A stretch of DNA of 64,000 nucleotides. It comes from Candidatus Omnitrophota bacterium (GTDB lineage: Bacteria > Omnitrophota > Gorgyraeia > Tantalellales > Tantalellaceae). A program made the translations under genes and the position numbers. The first letter of the stretch is position 1. Every line of letters begins with the position of its first letter. A model generated the notes under the pieces. That model was not told where the DNA came from. It ran no database searches and saw nothing but the letters and a program-made list of their open reading frames with translations. This document shows, in pieces, positions 39,665-49,826 of the stretch. The stretch is from positions 283,964 to 347,963 of the forward strand of contig JADGBR010000001.1 in NCBI GenBank assembly GCA_015231405.1, written 5' to 3'.

Positions 39665-40363
39665 ATGAAAACAAATCCGCTCCAGTTCATTACATACGGG
39701 ATGTACATAGTGTCATCACTGGACGGGGAGAAATATAACGGCCAGATAGCTAACACCCTTATACAGGTAACGAACGACCCTGTTACCATAGCTATTAGCA
39801 TTAATAAAGTAACCTTGACCCATGAGATGATAATGAAAAATAAAAAATTCTCGGTATCGCTCCTTGAACGCGATACACCGCTTAAGATTATCGGGAAATT
39901 CGGATTTAAATCCGGAAGAGCCGAGAACAAATTTACTGGTACCGGTCATCGTGTTCTTTTGAGCGGTTGTCCGGTAGTTACGGATAATTCGCTTTGTTAT
40001 TTCGGGGCCAAGCTGATCAACCGCCTTGATTGCGGATCATATTCGCTTTTCCTGGGAGAGGTCGATGAAATGACGATATTAAAGCAGGGGTTGCCTCTCA
40101 CTTATGAACATTACCATATGGACAAATGCGGTACCACTCCCGATACTGCCCCGACTTTCATACAGGATGAGGGAAAGGAAAATATATGCGTAGACCTTCC
40201 TAAATACCGCTGCACAGTATGCAATTATATTTATAATCCGGCTAAGGGCGATGTTGACGGCGGGATACCTCCCGGTACGGATTTTAATGATATTCCCGAC
40301 AACTGGGTATGCCCTATATGCGGCGTCGGAAAAGACCAATTCGTCAAGGTGGATGAGAAATGA
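39665..40363 (+). CDS. Flavin reductase-like domain fused to C-terminal rubredoxin (high-molecular-weight rubredoxin, Hrb-like NADH:FDP/rubredoxin oxidoreductase)
   Basis: N-terminal flavin_reduct fold. C-terminal CTVCNY...CPICGVG rubredoxin module. Directly upstream of a flavodiiron protein gene, as in Moorella hrb-fprA. Confidence 0.75.
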   Translation: MKTNPLQFITYGMYIVSSLDGEKYNGQIANTLIQVTNDPVTIAISINKVTLTHEMIMKNKKFSVSLLERDTPLKIIGKFGFKSGRAENKFTGTGHRVLLSGCPVVTDNSLCYFGAKLINRLDCGSYSLFLGEVDEMTILKQGLPLTYEHYHMDKCGTTPDTAPTFIQDEGKENICVDLPKYRCTVCNYIYNPAKGDVDGGIPPGTDFNDIPDNWVCPICGVGKDQFVKVDEK

Positions 40364-41523
40364 ATCCGGTAGAGATCAAGAAAGATATTTATTGGGTCGG
40401 AGGGATCGACTGGGACCTCAGGAATTTCCACGGATATTCGACTGAAAGAGGTTCCACTTATAACGCTTATCTTATTGTTGACGATCATATTACACTTGTT
40501 GATACCGTCAAGCATTATCTGTTCGATGAGATGCTCGAAAGGATATGCAAGGTGATCGATCCGGCGAAGATAAAGTATATCATATCAAACCACGTTGAAA
40601 TGGACCATTCAGGGAGCATCCCATTTTTGCTGGAAAGATGCCCCGGAGCGACCGTCATTACGTCCCCGAACGGTGAAAAGGGGTTGAAGATGCATTACGG
40701 CCCTAATATGCCGCTTAAAGTGGTTAACAACGGGGATGAGCTCAAGATCGGTAAAAGATCGCTCAAGTTCGTTCTCATGCCCATGGTGCACTGGCCGGAT
40801 TCCATGGCGACGTATATTCCGGAGGAGAAGATCCTCCTACCCAACGATGCTTTTGGACAGCATATAGCTTCATCGGAAAGGTTCGATGACGAATTCCCCT
40901 GGGAGATCCTTAAACATGAAGCTGCCAAGTATTACGCGAATATAGTACTACCATACGGGCGGCAGGTCAATAAAGCGCTTGAGGCGGTAAAAGCTATACC
41001 CGTTGATATCATCGGTCCAAGCCACGGATTGATATTACGTTCAAAGATCTCCGATATGATAAAACTCTACGGTGATTGGGCGAATAATGTTACTGCCAGA
41101 AAAGCCATAGTGGTATATGACACCATGTGGAATTCAACGAAAAAGATCGCTTTAGCCATCCATGAGGCCTTCCTGGACTCAGGGATCAACGCGCGTCTAC
41201 TGAACCTGGAAACGAACCATATATCCGACATTATGACCGAAATGCTTTACGCGGAATATATTGCCGTAGGCTCTCCGACCTTGAATAACGGGCTATTGCC
41301 TGCCGTTTCCGCTTTCCTGACTTACATGAAAGGCCTTGCACCGAAGAACAGGAAAGCATTGGCTTTCGGTTCGTACGGATGGGGAGGCCAAAGTGTGGAC
41401 GAGATAGATAAAGTGCTGAACGATTGCGGTTTTCAGATGCTGGATAAGATAAAACTCCAGTATGTTCCTTTAGAAGGTGTTTTGAACGATATGAAAAATA
41501 AGCTCAAGGAGGTACTAAAATGA
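40360..41523 (+). CDS. fprA: Flavodiiron protein (FprA/ROO-type O2 or NO reductase)
   Basis: Metallo-beta-lactamase-like di-iron site (H.E.DH) plus a C-terminal flavodoxin-like domain. Confidence 0.85.
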   Translation: MNPVEIKKDIYWVGGIDWDLRNFHGYSTERGSTYNAYLIVDDHITLVDTVKHYLFDEMLERICKVIDPAKIKYIISNHVEMDHSGSIPFLLERCPGATVITSPNGEKGLKMHYGPNMPLKVVNNGDELKIGKRSLKFVLMPMVHWPDSMATYIPEEKILLPNDAFGQHIASSERFDDEFPWEILKHEAAKYYANIVLPYGRQVNKALEAVKAIPVDIIGPSHGLILRSKISDMIKLYGDWANNVTARKAIVVYDTMWNSTKKIALAIHEAFLDSGINARLLNLETNHISDIMTEMLYAEYIAVGSPTLNNGLLPAVSAFLTYMKGLAPKNRKALAFGSYGWGGQSVDEIDKVLNDCGFQMLDKIKLQYVPLEGVLNDMKNKLKEVLK

Positions 41524-41897
41524 CAGCGATAAGAGATATATATAAGTGCTCTATATGCGGCAATGTGGCCGAGATAGTGCAGGAAGCCGGCGGAGCCCTT
41601 GTATGCTGTAATAAACCGATGGAAAAATTTCAGGCGAAGACAAGCGACCAGGGCCAGGAGAAACATGTTCCTGTCATAGAGGAAACGCCGAACGGTATTA
41701 AGATCAAGGTCGGTAGCGTGGAGCACCCGATGGAAGAGAAACATTATATTAAATTCATAGAGATCATAACGGCCAATAAAGTTATAAGGTATGAACTCAA
41801 ACCGGGTAATAAACCTGAGATAGAATCGTGCGCGAAAAAGAAGGACCTTGTCGAAGTCAGGGAATATTGCACTTTGCATAATCTTTGGAAAGCTTGA
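41520..41897 (+). CDS. dfx: Desulfoferrodoxin (2Fe superoxide reductase)
   Basis: N-terminal desulforedoxin CxxC...CC (CSICGN...CC) and a C-terminal SOR centre II domain (HVPV, H...H, C). Confidence 0.85.
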   Translation: MTAIRDIYKCSICGNVAEIVQEAGGALVCCNKPMEKFQAKTSDQGQEKHVPVIEETPNGIKIKVGSVEHPMEEKHYIKFIEIITANKVIRYELKPGNKPEIESCAKKKDLVEVREYCTLHNLWKA

Positions 41898-41932
41898 ATT
41901 ACCGAATGCGAACAATAAAAGGAGGGATCTTA

Positions 41933-42508
41933 ATGGCCAGTATCAAGGGAACAAAGACCGAGAAGAACCTGTTGGCTTCATTCGCCGGGGAATCCCAGGC
42001 GAGGAACCGTTATACTTATTTCGCGAGCGTAGCTAAGAATGAGGGGTATAAGCAGATCGAGGCGATATTCCTTGAGACCGCCGAGAACGAAAAAGAGCAC
42101 GCGAAGAAATATTTCAAATTCCTTGAAGGCGGAATGGTCGAGATAACGGCTTCTTATCCTGCGGGCGTCATAGGGAAGACAATTGATAACCTCCTCGCCG
42201 CTGCGGATGGGGAACATGAGGAATTTGAAATACTTTATCCCGGGGCCGCTAAGATCGCAGATTCGGAAGGTTTTCCTGAGATAGCTAAAATTTTCCGTGA
42301 AATAGCTTCCGTAGAAAAAGAACATGAGAAAAGGTACAGGAAACTCGCTGAGAACATAAGATCCGGGAAAGTGTTCAAAAAGGACAAACCCGTGAGCTGG
42401 AAATGCATAAACTGTGGTTATATACATGAGGGAAATGACGCCCCGGACAAATGCCCGGCCTGCGCCCATCCCCAGGCATATTTCGAGGTCAAAGAGGAGA
42501 ATTATTAA
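41933..42508 (+). CDS. rbr: Rubrerythrin
   Basis: Di-iron four-helix bundle (E..H pairs) plus a C-terminal rubredoxin-like CINCGY...CPAC. AAAGGAGGG SD before the ATG at 41933. Confidence 0.85.
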   Translation: MASIKGTKTEKNLLASFAGESQARNRYTYFASVAKNEGYKQIEAIFLETAENEKEHAKKYFKFLEGGMVEITASYPAGVIGKTIDNLLAAADGEHEEFEILYPGAAKIADSEGFPEIAKIFREIASVEKEHEKRYRKLAENIRSGKVFKKDKPVSWKCINCGYIHEGNDAPDKCPACAHPQAYFEVKEENY

Positions 42509-42510
42509 TT

Positions 42511-42744
42511 ATGAGTAAAGTTACCGTATATTCGACGAAAACGTGTTCTTATTGCGTGCGTCTTAAACAGTACCTTAGCGATAATAAGATCTCATACGAG
42601 AATATCGATATTACATCTGATCCGGCCAAGGTCAAAGAAATGGTCGATAAGTCGGGACAGATGGGAGTTCCCGTCGTGGATATTGACGGTGCGATAGTCG
42701 TCGGTTTTGACAAACCGCAGATATCTAAACTTCTCGGCATATGA
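42511..42744 (+). CDS. Glutaredoxin-like small redoxin (NrdH/YruB-like, CSYC active site)
   Basis: 77 aa thioredoxin fold with CSYC. GAGGAG SD upstream. Immediately followed by thioredoxin reductase. Confidence 0.7.
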   Translation: MSKVTVYSTKTCSYCVRLKQYLSDNKISYENIDITSDPAKVKEMVDKSGQMGVPVVDIDGAIVVGFDKPQISKLLGI

Positions 42745-43658
42745 GAGACGACCGAAAGGTATATGATCTTCTAATCATCGGCGCGGGGCCCGCGGGTATA
42801 ACCGCGGGCATCTACGCCGCCAGGAAGAAAATGGAAATTCTTGTTATCGCCGGCGAAATAGGCGGTCAGACCGCCTGGAGCGGGGATATCGAGAATTACG
42901 TGGGTTATCAGTTCATAACGGGCCTCGAACTTACGGATAAATTCCAGGAGCACATGCGTAAATACGGCATCAACGTGCTCGAAAATACGTATATTAGTGA
43001 GATCCGCAAGGAAAACAACATCGTAAAAATTAATGCCGGAGAATTTTCTTTTTCGGCAAAGACCGCTATCCTCGCTACAGGTAAAAGGTCCAGGCCTCTC
43101 AATGTCCCCGGCGAAGTTGAGTTCCGCAATAAAGGAGTAGCTTACTGCGCTACATGCGATGCTCCTATATTCGCCGGCAAGGACGTAGCCGTGATAGGAG
43201 GCGGCAACTCTGCCCTAGAGGCTGCGCTGCAGCTCATTAAGATCGCCAATAAGATTTACATTATTAACTTGGGACCTGATCTCCACGGTGATGAGATAAT
43301 TCGGGAAAAGGTAGTAGCGGCTAAAAATGTCGTCATAATGAACGAGACAAAGGTCAAAGAGATAAAAGGGGGAAAGCTTGTCGATTCAATTGTCGTTGAG
43401 AATGGCTCGGATAGCGCTCGGTTGTCCGTTCAAGGAGTTTTCGTGGAGATCGGCCTCATACCCAATACTGAGTTTAAAAGCGATATAGTGAAGAACGAAC
43501 AAGGCGAGATAATTATAACGAGATACAACGAAACAAATATCACGGGGATATTCGCCGCCGGGGATGTGACTGATACCCCTGAAAAACAGATCATAATCGC
43601 GGCAGGGGAAGGCGCCAAAGCCGCTCTTTCCGCTTTTAAATACCTTGCCAGGCAATGA
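42741..43658 (+). CDS. trxB: Thioredoxin-disulfide reductase (TrxB family)
   Basis: FAD motif GAGPAG, redox-active CATC, and a pyridine-nucleotide GGGNSA motif. Confidence 0.8.
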   Translation: MRDDRKVYDLLIIGAGPAGITAGIYAARKKMEILVIAGEIGGQTAWSGDIENYVGYQFITGLELTDKFQEHMRKYGINVLENTYISEIRKENNIVKINAGEFSFSAKTAILATGKRSRPLNVPGEVEFRNKGVAYCATCDAPIFAGKDVAVIGGGNSALEAALQLIKIANKIYIINLGPDLHGDEIIREKVVAAKNVVIMNETKVKEIKGGKLVDSIVVENGSDSARLSVQGVFVEIGLIPNTEFKSDIVKNEQGEIIITRYNETNITGIFAAGDVTDTPEKQIIIAAGEGAKAALSAFKYLARQ

Positions 43659-44293
43659 ACATCATAACACTTCTCCATAAGGATTACGAGATTAAGAAGA
43701 AAGAGATCCGTGAACGGTTAGACGATTTTTCTGCCGTATGGGATGAAAGCGAGGAGCGGGTATTCAGCGAGCTGTGTTTTTGTATATGCACCCCTCAATC
43801 TAAGGCGGTTTATTGCGATAAGGCCGTACGGAGCCTGGTTCTAAGCGGCGTTCTTTTCAAAGGCCGCGAGAAAGATATCCGTGATAACCTGAAGGCGGTA
43901 AGATTTCCTAATAATAAAGCCGGCTATATCTACAGGGCAAGGCTTCTTTTTACGGATAACGGTAGTTTGAGCGTAAAAAAACATATAGATCCGGCCGATA
44001 TCCCTGGAACAAGGACGTGGTTATTTAAGAACGTGAAAGGTCTCGGGATGAAGGAAGCGAGCCATTTTCTCAGGAATATCGGTTTTGGAAAAGAAATCGC
44101 AATAGTCGACGTACATATACTCCGGAAAATGCTTTATTACGGACTTTTAAAGGAGATCCCTAAAACCATTTCAGCGAAGGTATATGTCGAGCTTGAGGAT
44201 TCCATAAAGGGTTTTTCCTCTAAAACCGGAATAAGGATGGATGAACTGGACCTTTTGTTCTGGTCACAGGCTACGGGGCATATTTTTAAATAA
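43655..44293 (+). CDS. ogg: 8-oxoguanine DNA glycosylase / AP lyase, Ogg2-type HhH-GPD enzyme
   Basis: HhH-GPD element (GLGMKEASHFLRNIG...D). About 210 aa, the size of archaeal/Thermotoga-type Ogg. Confidence 0.7.
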   Translation: MNIITLLHKDYEIKKKEIRERLDDFSAVWDESEERVFSELCFCICTPQSKAVYCDKAVRSLVLSGVLFKGREKDIRDNLKAVRFPNNKAGYIYRARLLFTDNGSLSVKKHIDPADIPGTRTWLFKNVKGLGMKEASHFLRNIGFGKEIAIVDVHILRKMLYYGLLKEIPKTISAKVYVELEDSIKGFSSKTGIRMDELDLLFWSQATGHIFK

Positions 44294-44294
44294 T

Positions 44295-45350
44295 ATGGAT
44301 ATGATCATCGGGATAGCTAAGGAATCGGTCCGTCTCTTCAACGAGATGTCCCCGTACCTTTTATTCGGCTTTTTATTCTCCGGGATATTGCACGCGGTTG
44401 TGGATCCCAGGCAGATAGCGGTCCATCTCGGCAAGAACGATATCTCTTCGGTACTTAAAGCCTCTCTTTTAGGCGTTCCGCTTCCTTTGTGCTCATGCGG
44501 AGTTATCCCGGCCGCGATGATGCTGAAAAAAGAAGGCGCGGCCAAGGCGGCGGTACTTTCGTTCCTTGTGTCGACTCCTACTAACGGAGTAGACGCCATA
44601 ATGGTGACGTATTCGCTCCTCGGTCCATTTTTCACCGTTTATAGGGTAATAGCGTCATTCTTTGCCGGTATTTTTACGGGATGTTTGTCTCTCATCGCCG
44701 ACAGGGATCAAAGCGGCGATAAAAACGATCCGAAGGGGGACAATTGCGTCCATTGTTCCGGTAAAATGGATCACAAGCATACCGCTATCGATAAATTCAG
44801 GTCTGCGATGGAATACGGATTTGTGGAGCTTGTGGGTGACGTCGGAAGATGGCTCATCGCAGGAGTTATCGTCGGCGGGGCGATATCATATTTCTTGCCC
44901 GATAATTATTTTTCGGGAGGTTTTTTATCAGGATGGAAAGGGATGATACTGGCTCTTTTAATAAGCGCTCCCATGTACGTATGCGCTTCCGGGTCGACAC
45001 CGATCGCGGCAGCTTTGATGTATAAGGGGCTCGATCCCGGAGCCGCTTTTGTCTTTCTACTTGCCGGGCCTGCCACGAACGCCGTCACTATGACGGTCAT
45101 AATGCGCTCTATGGGTAAAAGAACTCTTGCGATATACCTGTCCGGGATCGCTTTTGTCAGTATGCTCCTTGGCGCGATCCTTAACGTCGTCTGGAAGTAC
45201 TACGACAAAGGTAATGGCGGTATCGCCGCCGGGCATGAGCATGGTTCCGTAGGCATGCTAGGCATGGTATGTTCGATAGTTCTCACCGGTCTTATCGTTC
45301 GTTCATTTTTTCTGCCTAAGAAAAGACATGAGGGAGCGTCCCGTGTATAA
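44295..45350 (+). CDS. COG0701/UPF0718 (ArsP/YraQ-like) permease with CSC motif
   Basis: Eight or more TM helices. LPLCSCGVIP resembles the TPFCSC motif of ArsP-type permeases. A Cys/His-rich loop (DNCVHCSGKMDHKH) is present. Start moved to 44295. Confidence 0.65.
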   Translation: MDMIIGIAKESVRLFNEMSPYLLFGFLFSGILHAVVDPRQIAVHLGKNDISSVLKASLLGVPLPLCSCGVIPAAMMLKKEGAAKAAVLSFLVSTPTNGVDAIMVTYSLLGPFFTVYRVIASFFAGIFTGCLSLIADRDQSGDKNDPKGDNCVHCSGKMDHKHTAIDKFRSAMEYGFVELVGDVGRWLIAGVIVGGAISYFLPDNYFSGGFLSGWKGMILALLISAPMYVCASGSTPIAAALMYKGLDPGAAFVFLLAGPATNAVTMTVIMRSMGKRTLAIYLSGIAFVSMLLGAILNVVWKYYDKGNGGIAAGHEHGSVGMLGMVCSIVLTGLIVRSFFLPKKRHEGASRV

Positions 45351-46122
45351 AAATCAGAAAGTTCCTGTCCGGGTCCTTAACAAACTTTTTACCTGGAAAT
45401 TTTATTTCGCTATAGCGCTCATCCTTGTATCAGCCTCATTGTATTTCGTTCACTTCTTGATATTCCGTGATAAATACCATATTTTTTATTACCTGCTGAG
45501 CGATATAGCCTTTTTACCTGTCGAAGTGCTTATAGTTTCATTTATTTTACATAAGCTTCTTCAGGTTAGAGAAAGAAAGGCAATGCTAAACAAATTGAAT
45601 ATGGTGATCGGGACTTTCTTTTCTGAGGTAGGCACGGACCTTTTAAGGTCAATTTCATGCGTTTATGACCCCCGCGTCAACGAGCTCAGAAGACATCTTA
45701 AAGTTTTGAAGACTGAAACCGACAAATATTATAATATCGTGAGAACGAGGATAAGGACATATGATCACAATGTCGACGTTTCGAAAGGGAAACTGGACGA
45801 CCTTAAGAGCTTTCTGATATCAAAGCGTGAGTTCCTTCTCAGGCTTCTCGAAAACCCTAATTTACTCGAACATGACGGATTCACCGATCTTTTGTGGGCT
45901 GTATTCCATCTCACGGATGAACTCGCGATGAGAAAACGTTTTTCCGAACTGCCCCAGACCGATCTTATCCATTTATCCGGTGACATTAAAAGGGTTTATG
46001 GTCATCTTACGCTCGAGTGGCTGGATTATATGCATCATCTCAAAAGGTCTTATCCTTATATATACTCCCTGGCGATCAGGACGAATCCATTTGACATCGA
46101 CGCTTCGCCGGTAGTATCGTAA
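45328..46122 (+). CDS. Hypothetical protein, two N-terminal TM helices plus soluble domain (no recognisable family)
   Basis: ORF only. Overlaps the permease gene end by 23 nt. Confidence 0.4.
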   Translation: MRERPVYKNQKVPVRVLNKLFTWKFYFAIALILVSASLYFVHFLIFRDKYHIFYYLLSDIAFLPVEVLIVSFILHKLLQVRERKAMLNKLNMVIGTFFSEVGTDLLRSISCVYDPRVNELRRHLKVLKTETDKYYNIVRTRIRTYDHNVDVSKGKLDDLKSFLISKREFLLRLLENPNLLEHDGFTDLLWAVFHLTDELAMRKRFSELPQTDLIHLSGDIKRVYGHLTLEWLDYMHHLKRSYPYIYSLAIRTNPFDIDASPVVS

Positions 46123-46149
46123 TAAAATAGCGGGAAGAATGGTGGAAAT

Positions 46150-47634
46150 ATGGGAAAGAATAAGGATCTCTGTTTGAAGTGCTTTCTATCCTGGGGCTCT
46201 CTTGTGACAGCTATTTTCTTTGCTGTTCAGATATCCGCGGCCAAAGAGGCCGATCTCTTAGGGGCCTGGTACTCATCCTCCTCTATAGCGCTCGGGAAGG
46301 AGCTCAAAGGGTATCTCGCGGCCGCGGAACCGGAGAATATCGAAGGTAATGGAATAGGTTATATCGCCCCTCACGCCGGGTTTAGATACTCCGGCCCCAT
46401 AGCGGCTTATACTTATAAATCAGCAGCCAAGCAAAAACCCGATACGGTTATAATTGTCGGTTTTTCACATAGGAAAAGGTTCGATGGCGTCGCCGTCTTT
46501 ACGGAAAATGAATACACAACTCCGCTCGGTACCGTCATTAACGATCAGGAACTGGCCCAAAAACTCATATCCATGAATAAAGGGTTAAGGGATTATCCGC
46601 TGGCATTTTCTGACGAAAATTCCATAGAGATGCAGATACCGTTCGTCCAAACCGCTCTGGCTGGAGCGAAGGTGGTACTTTTATGCTTTGGACAGCAGAA
46701 TTACAAAGCCAGTGAGGACTTGGCAGAGGCTCTTTACCTGGCGCTTAAGGATCGAAAGGGGTATGTAATGATCGCAAGCACCGATATGAGCCATTATTTA
46801 CCTTATGATGCCGCTAAAACCAAGGATGCCGATACGATAACCGCTGTCAACCTTTTTGACCCGGAACAATTCTTTGCGATGTGCGTCGAGAATAATTATG
46901 ATCCCGTATGCGGACCCGGACCGGTCTCGGCGGTTATGAGCGCTTCAAAAAAACTCGGGGCGGATAAGGTGAGAATACTTTCGGCTGCTAATTCCGGCGA
47001 TACATCCGGAAAAAAGGAGAGTGTTGTGGGCTATTCGAGCGCAGTGTTTTATAAGGAGGGGCAAATGAAAGAAGGAACCGGGATCAATGACGCTGAAAAG
47101 AAAGAGCTTCTCTCTATAGCACGTAATTCGATACAACATTATCTCGATACGGGCGAGTTACTTAAAGTCGAAACTAAAGACGAGAAATTGAAGCAGAATA
47201 TGGGGGCCTTCGTTACGCTTAAAAAAAAGGGGGCTCTTAGAGGCTGCATCGGCCATATGACCGCCGAAGAACCTTTATTTCTTACCGTACGGGATATGGC
47301 TTTTTCAGCCGCTTTTCAGGACCCGAGATTCTCACCGCTTTCTTTAAAGGAATTTAAAGATATCGACATAGAGATATCCGTCCTGACGCCTATGGTGAAA
47401 ATAGACGATCCGTATAAGATCCTCTTGGGTAAGCATGGCGTTGTTGTTAAGAAAGGTTCGAGAAGCGGAGTATTTCTGCCTCAAGTTGCTACTGAAACCG
47501 GGTGGGATCTGGAAGAATTCATGGGCACTTTATGCACCCAGAAGGCCGGATTACCCGCTAACGCCTGGAATCGAGGCGGCTGCGACATCTACGTGTTTAC
47601 CGCGATAATATTCGGGGAGAAGGGAAATGAGTAG
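46150..47634 (+). CDS. Fusion of MEMO1-family (AmmeMemoRadiSam system protein B) and AMMECR1 (system protein A) domains
   Basis: The N-terminal half has the Memo motif (YIAPHAGFRYSGPIAAY...GFSHR). The C-terminal 180 aa has AMMECR1 motifs (GALRGCIG, SRSGVFLPQV). Confidence 0.7.
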   Translation: MGKNKDLCLKCFLSWGSLVTAIFFAVQISAAKEADLLGAWYSSSSIALGKELKGYLAAAEPENIEGNGIGYIAPHAGFRYSGPIAAYTYKSAAKQKPDTVIIVGFSHRKRFDGVAVFTENEYTTPLGTVINDQELAQKLISMNKGLRDYPLAFSDENSIEMQIPFVQTALAGAKVVLLCFGQQNYKASEDLAEALYLALKDRKGYVMIASTDMSHYLPYDAAKTKDADTITAVNLFDPEQFFAMCVENNYDPVCGPGPVSAVMSASKKLGADKVRILSAANSGDTSGKKESVVGYSSAVFYKEGQMKEGTGINDAEKKELLSIARNSIQHYLDTGELLKVETKDEKLKQNMGAFVTLKKKGALRGCIGHMTAEEPLFLTVRDMAFSAAFQDPRFSPLSLKEFKDIDIEISVLTPMVKIDDPYKILLGKHGVVVKKGSRSGVFLPQVATETGWDLEEFMGTLCTQKAGLPANAWNRGGCDIYVFTAIIFGEKGNE

Positions 47635-48367
47635 ATATTATGTTCCGCCGGAGAGCGTGGACATGGAAAATTTCAGGGCGTTCATTGATAAAGACGAAGC
47701 CCATCACATAATCGATGTGATGCGGATGAAAGCTAACGATGCAATAGTCGTTTTCGACGGCATCGGTAAGGAATACTCGGGGACCATAGAGCGAATAGAC
47801 ACTAAAAAGGGAACACTAACGGTAAAAATAACGAAGATGTCAGAAGTTGAAAACCTAAGAGCTCCGGAGATTTATATCGCGCAGGCTATCCCTAAAAAGA
47901 GTAAATTCGACGATATAGTGGAGAAAGCCACCGAACTCGGCGCGAGTGGAATATTCCCCGTAATAACCGAAAGGACTATAGTACGGCCTGGAAATTCAAG
48001 TGGAAGAACGCTTGAACGCTGGCGTAAAATAGCTTTGGAAGCGGCTAAACAGTCCGGACGCCTGAATATACCAGAGATATACGACGTGACCCCATTAAGG
48101 GATCTTGCCTCCGATCTAAGCGGCTTTGACCTTATTCTGTTCGCATGGCTTTCTGATGGGACCGTACCCCTGAAAGAAGCGCTGAAGCATCAGTCACCCG
48201 GGAAAGTACTTTTGATGATAGGCCCTGAAGGCGATTTTACGGATCAGGAGGCCTTGATGTTCAAAAAGCCGGAGTGCAGGTATATTTCTCTCGGACGGAA
48301 CGTTCTTAAGACCGATACCGCTGCATTTTATCTTTTATCTTCCGTAAAATATGAGCTTTTAAGTTAA
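47627..48367 (+). CDS. rsmE: 16S rRNA (uracil1498-N3)-methyltransferase
   Basis: PUA-like N-terminal domain and SPOUT C-terminal domain (LMIGPEGDFT). Confidence 0.8.
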   Translation: MSRYYVPPESVDMENFRAFIDKDEAHHIIDVMRMKANDAIVVFDGIGKEYSGTIERIDTKKGTLTVKITKMSEVENLRAPEIYIAQAIPKKSKFDDIVEKATELGASGIFPVITERTIVRPGNSSGRTLERWRKIALEAAKQSGRLNIPEIYDVTPLRDLASDLSGFDLILFAWLSDGTVPLKEALKHQSPGKVLLMIGPEGDFTDQEALMFKKPECRYISLGRNVLKTDTAAFYLLSSVKYELLS

Positions 48368-49662
48368 TGGCAGCGAAATTTTCCATAAAAACCTTCGGGT
48401 GCAAAGTTAACCAGTATGAATCCCAGCTGATCTTCGATAATCTCAAAGGTTTCGGGTTTACTCCGGATGAGCACTCATCGGCCGATGTAGTCATTGTCAA
48501 TACCTGTACTGTCACCAGGACCGCCGACGGTAAGTGCAGGCAGATCATAAGAAAGATCAAGAAAGATAACCCTCGCGCCAAGATCATAGTTACCGGCTGC
48601 AAGGCCGTTACGCCCGGAGATATTGAGATCCTGGGTAGTATGGAAGAAGTTTTTCAAGTCGTCCATAATAACAGGAAGAACGATATTCCGTTAATCGTTT
48701 CGGGCCTCGTCGAGACTCATCCTGTAAGCTCATCGCTGATAAGTGAAATATCGGGATTTGAGGAGCATGCCAGGGCTTTTGTCAAGATACAGGACGGTTG
48801 CGACGGAGCTTGCGCGTATTGCAAGGTGAGACTTGTCAGGGGCGAGCCGTGGAGCAGGGACACTACCGAGATAATCCATGAGATCGAGAACCTTATAGTT
48901 AAAGGGCATAAGGAGATCGTTATTACCGGTATCTGCATAGGGTTATGGCGTGACAGTAACGGCCACGGACTTCCGCGGCTTTTCAGCGATCTGGACAAGA
49001 TAAAAGGGGATACAAGGTTCAGACTGAGTTCTATAGAACCGAACCATATGACCGATGAGTTGATCGATGCCGTTTCATCTTCAAAAAATATATGCCACCA
49101 TTTTCACATACCGATGCAAAGCGGGTCCGACAGGGTACTCAGGAACATGAAAAGACGATATGACTCGGAGCGGTTCATGCGGTTGATCGGCAAAGTAAGA
49201 GATAAAATGCCCGCCGCCGGTATCACTACCGATATAATTTGCGGGTTCCCAGGTGAAACCGCCGATGATCACTTCGCTACCAAAGAGTTTTTGCGCCTCA
49301 TTGCGCCGTCAAGGCTTCATGTTTTCGCTTATAGCGACAGGGAAGGCACTATAGCGCAAAAGATGCAGGAAAAGGTTATCGATAGCGAGATCAAAAAAAG
49401 GTCCGTGGAACTAATAAGTTTAGGCGATGGTTTCGAAAAATCTTTCGCTAAAAGATCTGTCGGAAAAAAAATTGAAGTACTGGTAGAGGAAAAGTTCAGT
49501 AAAGACCTTCTATCCGGTTATTCAAGGGAATATGCCAGAGTCATCCTGGAAGGTTTTCAAACCGATCGTGGAAATTTTGTAACGATAACTCCCGAGGGAA
49601 TGTTCAGGGATACAAAATGTCTTTTTTCTTCTAAAGCGCAGAACTACCATTCCCATAGATAG
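48367..49662 (+). CDS. mtaB: MiaB-like tRNA methylthiotransferase (MtaB-type)
   Basis: UPF0004 N-terminal domain (FGCKVNQYES), radical-SAM motif CDGACAYC and a C-terminal TRAM-like region. Confidence 0.75.
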   Translation: MAAKFSIKTFGCKVNQYESQLIFDNLKGFGFTPDEHSSADVVIVNTCTVTRTADGKCRQIIRKIKKDNPRAKIIVTGCKAVTPGDIEILGSMEEVFQVVHNNRKNDIPLIVSGLVETHPVSSSLISEISGFEEHARAFVKIQDGCDGACAYCKVRLVRGEPWSRDTTEIIHEIENLIVKGHKEIVITGICIGLWRDSNGHGLPRLFSDLDKIKGDTRFRLSSIEPNHMTDELIDAVSSSKNICHHFHIPMQSGSDRVLRNMKRRYDSERFMRLIGKVRDKMPAAGITTDIICGFPGETADDHFATKEFLRLIAPSRLHVFAYSDREGTIAQKMQEKVIDSEIKKRSVELISLGDGFEKSFAKRSVGKKIEVLVEEKFSKDLLSGYSREYARVILEGFQTDRGNFVTITPEGMFRDTKCLFSSKAQNYHSHR

Positions 49663-49761
49663 TATGCCTCATAATTACTGTTAGTTAAATAACAATTCAT
49701 ATACAAAACGCGTAAAAATTAGTATAATAAATAGCGATATAGGGTTTAATTTTTGTGGAAT

Positions 49762-49790
49762 TTGACAGCATTTTTTTTGTGTGTTATACT
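49762..49790 (+). promoter_or_regulatory. Sigma-70 consensus-like promoter (TTGACA-N17-TATACT) upstream of the cvpA-like gene
   Basis: TTGACA at 49762-49767, a 17-nt spacer, TATACT at 49785-49790. Confidence 0.5.
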
Positions 49791-49826
49791 TTGACTTTCT
49801 CGGAAAATAGGGTAAATTTTCTATAA

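Noticed and set aside
48367-49662. Assigning the MiaB-family gene as the missing radical-SAM partner of the Memo-AMMECR1 fusion
   Set aside because: It has the UPF0004 N-domain, the CxxxCxxC loop context and a TRAM-like C-terminus of methylthiotransferases (MtaB/RimO lineage). It is not the SPASM-less AmmeMemoRadiSam-type radical SAM.
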